Source of the DNA: a virus
Taxonomy: Duplodnaviria > Caudoviricetes
Strand: one strand, 5' to 3'
Length of the DNA: 41,966 bases
IMG/VR virus record: IMGVR_UViG_3300043394_000327
Coordinates: 1 to 41,966 of that record
The translations under genes and the position numbers were made by a program. A model generated the notes under the pieces. That model did not search any database and was not told the DNA's origin. It saw nothing but the letters and a program-made list of their open reading frames with translations. Positions 8,834-16,697 of this stretch are shown here, in pieces (the first letter of the stretch is position 1; each line of letters begins with the position of its first letter).

Positions 8834-9076
8834 TTAACGATTAAAATCAAATTCTTGATGTTCTTCCCACCATTTTCTTATCTCTGGATCATCAATAATT
8901 GTTATTAATTTTTTTAGTAATTTACAGTTAATTCTTACTAGTAAATCATTTCTTGCTTTTAAATTTAATATCTCTTTGTTTAAATTAGTTGTTACACAAT
9001 CACTATCTTCTTTGTTACTAGCGTAATATTGTCCTTACGCTTCAGAAGCACGACCTATGTTGTCTGAACAAGGCAT
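8834..9076 (-). pseudogene. phage hypothetical gene interrupted by an in-frame TAA (9035-9037)
   Basis: MPCSDNIGRASEA*GQYYASNKEDSDCVTTNLNKEILNLKARNDLLVRINCKLLKKLITIIDDPEIRKWWEEHQEFDFNR. The MPC...ND.L.R..C...WW..HQ..D pattern is recalled from a phage protein family. Confidence 0.65.
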
Positions 9077-9108
9077 AATATATTTCTTTCTTTTAAGTTG
9101 ATATTTAG

Positions 9109-9426
9109 TTATAAAAAACTATTAAGATACTCCATAGTTAATTCTTTTGTTTCAAAAAATCTTTGTATTGTTGAACCATCAACAGAATAAATTTGTATTC
9201 CGTGTTGGTAAATAGAAGGATTGTTTATATAATCCAGTCTTGTAATACTTGATCTAAACAAGTAAACAGTATCTGGAGTATCTGTTGTTATCATTTTTCT
9301 ATTTGAATCATAAAAAAATGTATCATCAGTATTATTTATAATTACAATTTTTGAACTCATCATATTTTTTTCTCTTAAGTTAATATTTAATTTTATGAAA
9401 CCTGTCTGTAGGTAAATAAATAGCAT
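9109..9426 (-). CDS. hypothetical protein (likely start near 9363)
   Basis: ORF in operon context. Confidence 0.55.
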   Translation of the reverse strand: MLFIYLQTGFIKLNINLREKNMMSSKIVIINNTDDTFFYDSNRKMITTDTPDTVYLFRSSITRLDYINNPSIYQHGIQIYSVDGSTIQRFFETKELTMEYLNSFL

Positions 9427-9703
9427 TATTTAATAAAGGAATACCTTTAAAATAATTAATACCTTGGTTAATTTTTGATAAAACAGCGTTTAATCTATTT
9501 TTAGTAATTTTAGTTGTATATCCTTTAAAATCAATATAAAGAATTTTACTTTTTAAATCATGTTTAGTAATAAGATTTTCAAACAAAAATAAATAACTAT
9601 AATCATCATTATGTTGTATTCTTGTATTAACAGATAATCTTTCTTTTTCTGTTGGATCATAGTTCCAAAACTTTTGTTTTACTAATTCATCAATTTTTCT
9701 CAT
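9380..9703 (-). CDS. conserved phage hypothetical protein
   Basis: MRKI....NT....YL..NLI....GY.T..TK.RLNA pattern seen in many phage early proteins. Confidence 0.65.
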   Translation of the reverse strand: MRKIDELVKQKFWNYDPTEKERLSVNTRIQHNDDYSYLFLFENLITKHDLKSKILYIDFKGYTTKITKNRLNAVLSKINQGINYFKGIPLLNNAIYLPTDRFHKIKY

Positions 9704-9707
9704 ATCT

Positions 9708-9863
9708 TTACCGTAATTTGTTTATAATTTCTTTTATTTTATCAATAACATAAAAAGAATCTACTTTATCAACATAAATTGGATCTTCATATTTATCTGG
9801 TGTATTATCTTTTATGTCATCAATTAACTGTAAAAGTTGTTCTTCAACTTCATCTATATCCAT
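9708..9863 (-). CDS. small hypothetical protein (51 aa)
   Basis: Manual translation MDIDEVEEQLLQLIDDIKDNTPDKYEDPIYVDKVDSFYVIDKIKEIINKLR fills the intergenic gap. Confidence 0.6.
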   Translation of the reverse strand: MDIDEVEEQLLQLIDDIKDNTPDKYEDPIYVDKVDSFYVIDKIKEIINKLR

Positions 9864-9883
9864 AATCTAACTTTCTTTTTAAC

Positions 9884-10945
9884 TTAAACTGCCAACAAAT
9901 CCCAATAATTTACTTGTTTTGGTTCATTTTTTGTTAAAGTAAGTTCATTACCTTCTTCATCAATAAATAACAAATTATTGTTATTGTTAGTCATTGATTT
10001 TAAATCTGTTGGTAAGAATACACACTCACAATCTTCAAGTGTGTCTTTATCTGTAAAATCAATGGATACTCGCTCTAGTAAAGGATTACCTTTCCACTGC
10101 TTATCAGCAGTAACTTCAGATAATATACCATTTTCCATTATTTTAAGATGTACACTATATTTAATTTTGTCTGAGTGTATAGGAGAGATGTTTAGCATCT
10201 CTAGTGCTTCATGAGGAGATTCGTTGTATCTATTCATTTCTTCAACTAATGCTTTTAACATATCGAAATTAAATTGTGAAAAGATTGATGTTAATTGTGT
10301 AATTGAATTAATATGTGCTTTATTTAATAAATTATCAGTACAGTATTGTTCAATAAATTCTTTTGATAAACCTCTATATTCTATATTATAGAATATTCTT
10401 CCAGGTCTGTTATTTAAATACTCATTCAGTGCGTATCTATTATTACAAGTTAAAATAAATAACTTTTTAGTAGGATATACACCATCTAATAATGTTAGTA
10501 TTTGTTCTTGTTCTTTATGGTTATAAGTTTTTTCAAACTCATCAAACAATATAATTATAGGTTGTTCAATAGATTGCATAAAGTTATTAAATTCCTCACC
10601 ACAATGAGGTTCATTAATAATTATTGTAGGTATATCTAGTTTTGCTAACTCTATTGACAAAAGTTTAGCTAATAATGTTTTACCAGATCCTTTTTCTCCA
10701 GTTAGCAGTAATCCTGTAGAGTTTTTTCTTAAAGAAAACGTATTAATAATACGTTCAATATGTTTATTTGTTTCTCCATATATTTTACCATCATGTGTAA
10801 AATTATCTACAGCTTCTAAATAATATTGCTGAGTTATTGTATTAAATTTTGCTGTATAATTACCAGTAGGTAATTTTTCATGCAAATCCATTGCATCTTT
10901 TGGTGTTACAGTAAATTTATTTCCTAATTTTAAAAAGTAAGACAT
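9884..10945 (-). CDS. AAA+ ATPase (phage accessory type)
   Basis: Walker A GEKGSGKT, Walker B ILFDEFEK, LLDG, arginine-finger NRPGRI. Confidence 0.9.
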   Translation of the reverse strand: MSYFLKLGNKFTVTPKDAMDLHEKLPTGNYTAKFNTITQQYYLEAVDNFTHDGKIYGETNKHIERIINTFSLRKNSTGLLLTGEKGSGKTLLAKLLSIELAKLDIPTIIINEPHCGEEFNNFMQSIEQPIIILFDEFEKTYNHKEQEQILTLLDGVYPTKKLFILTCNNRYALNEYLNNRPGRIFYNIEYRGLSKEFIEQYCTDNLLNKAHINSITQLTSIFSQFNFDMLKALVEEMNRYNESPHEALEMLNISPIHSDKIKYSVHLKIMENGILSEVTADKQWKGNPLLERVSIDFTDKDTLEDCECVFLPTDLKSMTNNNNNLLFIDEEGNELTLTKNEPKQVNYWDLLAV

Positions 10946-10965
10946 TTTATTTTCCTTTAATTATG

Positions 10966-11220
10966 TTAATTGTAGTTACAAAGATATTTTACATTTTCAC
11001 AAGTATTTACATTAAAAGCTATGTTTTTATTTTCTAAACATTCTTTTTTAGTTTTATAATAAGATGTGTGAACTACTAGTGGATTTTCAGTATTAAACTG
11101 TGTTAATCTGTAATACACTTTACTTTTACATCTTAAATAATTGTGGTCATTACAACCACACAAAACAAAAACAAAAAATAATATAAGTGTTTTTAATATT
11201 TTCATATTATTTTCCTTCAA
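10966..11220 (-). CDS. putative lipoprotein
   Basis: MKILKTLILFFVFVLCG/C signal peptide with lipobox-like LCGC; several further Cys. Confidence 0.6.
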   Translation of the reverse strand: MKENNMKILKTLILFFVFVLCGCNDHNYLRCKSKVYYRLTQFNTENPLVVHTSYYKTKKECLENKNIAFNVNTCENVKYLCNYN

Positions 11221-11443
11221 TAGGTAATGGAATTATATTTAAAATTATTGCGTTAATTGAACACTTATCATATTCGTCATAATGGTTTGTTAAAATTAAT
11301 TTTTTAATACTTTCTAACTCATTTTCACCTTTAATTTGAGGACAATTAGTTTTAACAACCATATTAGCTATTCCTGTTGTATAAGAATCTAATATTCCAT
11401 AATGATAAGTTATAAAATAGTTATATATTTTTGGTTCAGTCAT
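11207..11443 (-). CDS. hypothetical protein
   Basis: 78-aa ORF with AAGG RBS. Confidence 0.6.
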   Translation of the reverse strand: MTEPKIYNYFITYHYGILDSYTTGIANMVVKTNCPQIKGENELESIKKLILTNHYDEYDKCSINAIILNIIPLPIEGK

Positions 11444-11531
11444 TATAATAACACCTTACTATGTTAATTTATTATATTTATTTGGTATTTCTTCTATAGT
11501 ATTTTAACTTATCTTACTAATTCTTTAATAT

Positions 11532-11963
11532 TCATTTTTCACTCCTATATTCACTTGATGTATAACCTGATGTTGCAATTCTAAATTTATAACCAAATTT
11601 ACAAAGTTTATTAATCATAGCATAATAATTTTTTTCAAAATTAGCTTTAGCTAGATTATCTAATCTTTGTTCTTCAAATCCAAAATCACTTGCCTCATCA
11701 TAAATACATTTTTGCTTAATAACTATTCCGTCATTATTATATGTTGATTCAAAAGAAATTTCATACAGTGCTGTGCAAAGTCCTACATTTTTATCTTCCC
11801 ATTTAACATTTAAAATATTTTTTAATTCACAAAAGATATTAGATATAGAATCTTCATAATCATATTCATCTTCTGGATCAATCTCGAACCAAACTGCTTT
11901 AATAGATTGTTTTTTATTATCTTTATCATAATATTCATTAGTGTAATTACAACCTGCTCCCAT
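11532..11963 (-). CDS. hypothetical phage protein
   Basis: 143-aa ORF with AAGGAAG RBS, C-terminal RIATSGYTS. Confidence 0.65.
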   Translation of the reverse strand: MGAGCNYTNEYYDKDNKKQSIKAVWFEIDPEDEYDYEDSISNIFCELKNILNVKWEDKNVGLCTALYEISFESTYNNDGIVIKQKCIYDEASDFGFEEQRLDNLAKANFEKNYYAMINKLCKFGYKFRIATSGYTSSEYRSEK

Positions 11964-12320
11964 AATATCTTCCTTTTTTTTGTTTACATTATATGTAAAA
12001 ATTTACTAATTAGTTTTGTAAATTTATATTTTGCATTTTTGTCTAAAATATTAAAACTACTTTGTACATTTATATCTATACAGGTATTGAAATAATTCCA
12101 ATTATAAATAATTCATCAGAATTTGCTGAAATTAGTTTAGGTGTAATATTAAAAAATAATATTGTACTTAGCCCTAAAAAAATAATTTTAAAATACATTT
12201 TTCATATTTTAAACTCCGTATTTTATATTAAAAACAAAACCAAAAACAAACACATGAAAATCCACTTTCGTGTGCGTATCAGTACAAACACACACAGAAA
12301 AACCCAATTTCTTGTGTGTA

Positions 12321-12479
12321 TTATAAATGTGCTATTTTTTTGACTATTATAGGAGCTGATACTATTATATAAATTACTGAAACTAACTTTGGTATGACTT
12401 CACTACTACTATTAGAAATAGTAATTGCTGTTATAATTACCATAATAGTCAATAATGCTAATTTTATTATATCTATCAT
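12321..12479 (-). CDS. small two-TM membrane protein (52 aa)
   Basis: Manual translation MIDIIKLALLTIMVIITAITISNSSSEVIPKLVSVIYIIVSAPIIVKKIAHL. Confidence 0.5.
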   Translation of the reverse strand: MIDIIKLALLTIMVIITAITISNSSSEVIPKLVSVIYIIVSAPIIVKKIAHL

Positions 12480-12565
12480 ATTATTTTCTTTCTACTATCT
12501 TGTTAATTTTTTTTTTAATCCAGACATATAATTACATATACCTGGATCTACGTATTAATTTTATT

Positions 12566-13160
12566 TTATATAAATATTAATTGTTCAGTAAATTGATCTA
12601 TAATAGATTGTAAGTTTTTTGGATTTGTTTCATCAGAAGTCCAATCATCAAACCATATTGGTTTATTTTTAGCTTCCATATTATTATTTTCTGAAGGTAT
12701 ATACATTTTTAATTTATCTTTTAAATCAAAGTACACTATATAATAAAAATTAACTACACTATGTTTTGTCATGTGCAGTATCATAAATGTAAAAGTTTTA
12801 TTATCTTTTTCAAAATAAAAAAAGTGTTCATCAAATTTAATATTATTTAGTATGTTTAATTCATTAAAAGATTTTTGACTTAAAAGAGTTTCTTGTAATG
12901 AACTCCCACAACCGTCACAATCATCTAATTCTTCAAATTTTTTTTATTTTTAAAACATTATAAAAATAAATATCTCCTGCATATTCATTTATTTCACAAG
13001 TAATGTCTGAATAATTAGATAAAATATCTTCTGGAGATTTCATATTATCTTTTATTTTTTCAATTTCATTGTTCCAGTGATTTTCTTGATCCCAATTTAT
13101 TATAAGTTCATATAACTTTTTTATAAACTGTTCTTTATTAATTTTTGCGACTTTTATCAT
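12566..13160 (-). pseudogene. single ~197-aa gene split by a +1 frameshift; paralog of 1067-1666
   Basis: Removing one base of the T8 run at 12938-12945 joins ORF 12933-13160 to ORF 12566-12784 through an open frame (KFEELDDCDGCGSSLQETLL...). AAGGA RBS upstream of 13160. Confidence 0.7.
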
Positions 13161-13178
13161 TTATTTTCCTTTTAAATT

Positions 13179-13213
13179 AAAAAACCCAAACACACAAAGA
13201 TATGTGTGTTTGG
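13179..13213 (-). terminator. rho-independent terminator after RNAP2
   Basis: CCAAACACACA-AAGATA-TGTGTGTTTGG followed by a U-tract on the minus strand. Confidence 0.8.
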
Positions 13214-13222
13214 ATCTATTTA

Positions 13223-14422
13223 TTAACTTAAAGCATATTCTGCATTAAGTATCTCATTTTCAATTTTATCAATCTTATGTATCTTAATTGTTTTATCTCC
13301 TGTTAATTGTTGAAATATATCTTGAAGTAAATTACTTTGTGTAATTTCATTCATCAGATTATTGTATTGTTGTCTAGTATCATTACCATAATTAGGTAAA
13401 GATCTAAAGTTATCATGAACTGTTAGCATCTGATAAGATCTAACTGGAAGTGTGTTAATAAGTTCAGCTAAAGGTAATGTATTTATATTTCCAATGTTAC
13501 ATTGGTCAATATAATCTATTATTCTTAAACTTAACATATTAGTTCTGAGATAATGATCCCATAATGTCATTAACATTTGATCTTTATCTCTATTATAAGA
13601 TTGATTACCTGAATTATGATTAATTAACTCAGATATTGATATAATTTGATTTATATTATAATTAGTTCTCCGCTGTATTTCTCTAACTATGTAGGAGTCA
13701 CAAGAATGTATAACGTTGGGACTTAAACTTCTGTAATTATCACTACATTTATTTAGTTCTTTAATTATCTCATACTTAGTATCTAAATAATTAAATCTAA
13801 TTGTTTCTTTCTGTAAAACTGGAATAATTACATGAAAATTATCTGGCATGACATAATCATTAGATAATTTTTTGTTATTCCAAATAGATCCAATTAATTC
13901 ATTTAATAACCAAGCTCCTGGAGTTCTATCATGTAAAACTTCATAGAATTTATTTAATAATTCTCCTTTACCAAACAATAATCTTGGCTGAGCTTCACTA
14001 TTATAATATGCCGTCATTATACAATTTTTAACTTGTTCTCTAGTATATCTTTTACTTGGATCAATTTCTTCATATAATGTTGTATAAGCATCAACTCTAT
14101 TTGATCCAATAAGACCACATACAGACATTGATTTTTTGCAACTTACTAATGATGCTAATAATTGTAAGCCCGATGAACACGAATCTAATGATATTAAATA
14201 TCCTGATTTTTCTTTTTTTAAATACTTTTTATAAGCAAATACTCCTGCTTGATATAAATTAGTATTACTAGCTTCTTTAATTAAAGCTATATTATCTAGT
14301 TTTGGTTCATTTTCATTAAACCAATTAATTCTGTCTTCAAAATTAAGTTTCTCTAATTTTGATGAAAAGTTACTTGCAATATCAATTTTTAGATACTCCA
14401 ATCCTGTGTATTGTGTAATCAT
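13223..14422 (-). CDS. N4-like RNA polymerase II subunit 2 (gp16-like)
   Basis: T7-type motif A LDSCSSGLQ, motif B REQVKNCIMTAYY, PNVIHSCDSY, motif C VHDNF; N-terminal GLEYLKIDIA and C-terminal YALS. Confidence 0.95.
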   Translation of the reverse strand: MITQYTGLEYLKIDIASNFSSKLEKLNFEDRINWFNENEPKLDNIALIKEASNTNLYQAGVFAYKKYLKKEKSGYLISLDSCSSGLQLLASLVSCKKSMSVCGLIGSNRVDAYTTLYEEIDPSKRYTREQVKNCIMTAYYNSEAQPRLLFGKGELLNKFYEVLHDRTPGAWLLNELIGSIWNNKKLSNDYVMPDNFHVIIPVLQKETIRFNYLDTKYEIIKELNKCSDNYRSLSPNVIHSCDSYIVREIQRRTNYNINQIISISELINHNSGNQSYNRDKDQMLMTLWDHYLRTNMLSLRIIDYIDQCNIGNINTLPLAELINTLPVRSYQMLTVHDNFRSLPNYGNDTRQQYNNLMNEITQSNLLQDIFQQLTGDKTIKIHKIDKIENEILNAEYALS

Positions 14423-14475
14423 ATAAGCGTCCTTGTAATGATTATTGTTGAACCAAGCTAAATAATATAACTTGT

Positions 14476-14498
14476 AAAAGTAGTAATTGCTTACTACT
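14476..14498 (-). terminator. terminator-like hairpin directly upstream of RNAP2
   Basis: AGTAGTAA-TTGC-TTACTACT; GCAA tetraloop and short U-tract on the minus strand. Confidence 0.6.
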
Positions 14499-14511
14499 AA
14501 TAAAAGTTATA

Positions 14512-14775
14512 TTATTTTAACCAATTGAGTATTTTAGATACTAATGTATCATTTTTTGGTACTTCTTGTTTAAACATGAAATTTAACAGCTCCTCTTCTG
14601 TAAATTCATTTTTCATATGATAGTACATAATTGTAATTAACACCTGTGCAGTGATATTTTGGCATTCTCTGTACACTGTTATTTCGATTCCTTGCTCTAA
14701 TAACTCTTTTACTTTTTTAAGAGTAATTATTTTCTTTTGATAGAAATAATTTCTTTTAATTTTTTGTATAATCAT
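14512..14775 (-). CDS. PhaR (PHA synthesis repressor) N-terminal DNA-binding domain-like protein
   Basis: ITLKKVKELLEQGIEITV...NITAQVLITIM resembles the recalled PhaR pattern ITLEDV..L...G.E..V....DIT..VL.QII. Confidence 0.55.
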   Translation of the reverse strand: MIIQKIKRNYFYQKKIITLKKVKELLEQGIEITVYRECQNITAQVLITIMYYHMKNEFTEEELLNFMFKQEVPKNDTLVSKILNWLK

Positions 14776-14893
14776 ATATTAACTCACAGTTATAAAATAT
14801 TGGTTGATTATCAATAACTCTAATACATTGATTAGAATTATATTCTTGGTTCGATAAACACAAACCACAAACAAACAATAAACTTTTAATCAT
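14756..14893 (-). CDS. small Cys-containing, possibly exported peptide (45 aa)
   Basis: MIKSLLFVCGLCLSNQEYNSNQCIRVIDNQPIFYNCELIYDYTKN with GAGGA RBS upstream. Confidence 0.5.
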   Translation of the reverse strand: MIKSLLFVCGLCLSNQEYNSNQCIRVIDNQPIFYNCELIYDYTKN

Positions 14894-14910
14894 TATTTAA
14901 TTCCTCTTGT

Positions 14911-15174
14911 TTAATATAAAATATCATAGTTACTGGCATCATAATCTCTATTATAACTTCTCCAGCAATTTCTACTGTAACTTGCACTACTGTAATCATA
15001 AGGAACTCTCTTTCGTTTAACCTGTAATTTATGAAATAAAGCCATATTACTGTCATTTACATATTTAGCTTTTTCTCCCTTAGTTATATAAAATCCGTCT
15101 TTATTCCACTCATCATAAGTTTTATAAAGATAATCTATAGGATCACCTTTAAATTCAGATGAAAATTTAATCAT
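14911..15174 (-). CDS. small protein with ArdC N-terminal-like (ssDNA-binding) motif
   Basis: TYDEWNKDGFYITKGEKA...LFH..QV matches the T..QW...G..V.KGEK....F...Q pattern. Confidence 0.5.
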   Translation of the reverse strand: MIKFSSEFKGDPIDYLYKTYDEWNKDGFYITKGEKAKYVNDSNMALFHKLQVKRKRVPYDYSSASYSRNCWRSYNRDYDASNYDILY

Positions 15175-15949
15175 TGATTAACTCTCCTTGTTCTAATTCT
15201 ATTAATGATTTTTGATATTCATTTCCCATAGGATTTAGAAAATACCCTCTGCAATATGTTCTACCTCTCTTGTCATATCCATGATTAAAATAAAACTTAT
15301 TACCTATAATTAACATTGCGTTAATTACATCTTGTTCTTTTTTAGTAAACTCTTTTAAAGATTTATAAGTATCTTTATTAGTATCACTTGTTTTCCATTT
15401 ATTTTTAGCTACAGATCTCATATCTATATTAATTTTTAATGGAATCTTATTAATTCTGTTAATGTGATCTAAACAGACATCTTTATCATGTCTATTTGCT
15501 GTTGATCCAAGAATAGTATTATTATTGTAAGTCAAGTATGGACTTTCCCAATTATTGTGAACTTCTTTTGGTTCAATTATATGTGGAAGTGGATACATTG
15601 CATTATTGATCCAATCTAGTTCTTCACTATCTGGTTCTAATTTTGAGTACACAATTCCTTCTAAATCTATATCAATTAAGTCTAATTTTGACATAGTTAG
15701 TATTAAGTCTGCACACTCCGATATACTTGAATCTTCTCTAAAAATCATACCTAAAATGGTAGTAATTTTACATGATTGAAATATCATCATTTGACTTAAA
15801 ACAAACATTGCAGTATCTTTAAAATCTTCAATAGTATCAAGTACTTCTTTAATACTATCTATTTTTAAGATATTATTTTGTAATTTTTTATGTAACGTAT
15901 TTTTATCAAACATCATTTCTAATTCTGATTGTGACTGTTTTGTTAACAT
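15167..15949 (-). CDS. N4-like RNA polymerase II subunit 1 (gp15-like)
   Basis: YPLP.I.EP, H..DVCLDHIN, YDKRGRTYCRGY (DxRGRxY), NPMGN. Confidence 0.95.
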   Translation of the reverse strand: MLTKQSQSELEMMFDKNTLHKKLQNNILKIDSIKEVLDTIEDFKDTAMFVLSQMMIFQSCKITTILGMIFREDSSISECADLILTMSKLDLIDIDLEGIVYSKLEPDSEELDWINNAMYPLPHIIEPKEVHNNWESPYLTYNNNTILGSTANRHDKDVCLDHINRINKIPLKINIDMRSVAKNKWKTSDTNKDTYKSLKEFTKKEQDVINAMLIIGNKFYFNHGYDKRGRTYCRGYFLNPMGNEYQKSLIELEQGELIND

Positions 15950-15976
15950 TTTGTAACTATCCTTTTATTAAACATC

Positions 15977-16055
15977 AAAAAAACCAACCATAATAATTTA
16001 TGATTGGTTATAATTTTATATAAGATTGATCCAGTAAAAGTAAATTGCTGGATCA
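15977..16055 (-). terminator. two tandem hairpins upstream of RNAP1
   Basis: AACCAACCATA/TATGATTGGTT stem (15982-16009) with U-tract, and TGATCCAG/CTGGATCA stem (16027-16055). Confidence 0.6.
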
Positions 16056-16061
16056 GTAGTT

Positions 16062-16262
16062 TTATTCAGATACATAAAAACTTATGTATTTGTTTGGTAA
16101 ATTCTCACAGTTATAATGTGGATTAGAATGATTGATAACTTTTACACATTCTCCTTGAGTAGTAATATGTACTTCAGGTAAACTCCAATAGTTTATAACT
16201 GAATAAGTTACAATAGATAATAATGATAACATAATTAGTAAATTTAATGTTAGTGATTTCAT
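16062..16262 (-). CDS. small membrane-anchored protein
   Basis: N-terminal TM helix, then SLPEVH..GECVKVIN...YNCENLP. Confidence 0.65.
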   Translation of the reverse strand: MKSLTLNLLIMLSLLSIVTYSVINYWSLPEVHITTQGECVKVINHSNPHYNCENLPNKYISFYVSE

Positions 16263-16382
16263 ATTTTTAAGCCTTATAAATTTGAGTTTCTAGGTACTAT
16301 TAATAATTTACATAGTATGACTATATAAATTTAATTTAAGCTCTATATGAGCATATTTATTAACTATCTATCAATAATTAAT

Positions 16383-16407
16383 AAAAACCTAAGATTGCTC
16401 TTAGGTT
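16383..16407 (-). terminator. rho-independent terminator
   Basis: AACCTAAGA-TTGC-TCTTAGGTT; GCAA tetraloop and U-tract on the minus strand. Confidence 0.8.
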
Positions 16408-16415
16408 ATTTATAA

Positions 16416-16628
16416 TTAACAAGGTAAATACAAATCATCAGTGATAAACATTGATAAAAATGTAAGTAACTTGATTCTTAAACTTTCAACAAAGTCACGA
16501 TTAAAATCAGTGATTAAATGTTTACGAATTATATCAATTTTACCTTCACATTCTTTATAATTACCATAAGTGGTAATATTATTAATATCGTGAGATAAAT
16601 CAATTAACTCTTTATTTAAGTTTGACAT
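16416..16628 (-). CDS. early hypothetical protein
   Basis: 70-aa ORF with AAGGA RBS. Confidence 0.6.
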   Translation of the reverse strand: MSNLNKELIDLSHDINNITTYGNYKECEGKIDIIRKHLITDFNRDFVESLRIKLLTFLSMFITDDLYLPC

Positions 16629-16697
16629 AGTGGAAATCCTTTAAGGTTAAGTTAATAAATTATTGAACCAATGAGATAACCCATTGATTCAATTATA

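Noticed and set aside
8834-12205. Alternative genetic code (TAA/TAG read as Gln)
   Set aside because: Core genes are intact under the standard code and mostly end in TAA, with TAG also used as a stop (e.g. 21872, 22154); the internal stops are better explained as lesions
913-12343. Plus-strand ORFs in the left arm (913-1125, 1792-1995, 4150-4416, 9978-10214, 11907-12095, 12062-12343)
   Set aside because: Antisense shadows of well-supported minus-strand genes; hydrophobic-looking translations typical of AT-rich reverse frames
14445-16675. TTGAACCAA motif upstream of RNAP2 and of ORF 16416-16628 as a phage promoter
   Set aside because: Only two intergenic copies, one part of a hairpin stem; too short to distinguish from chance
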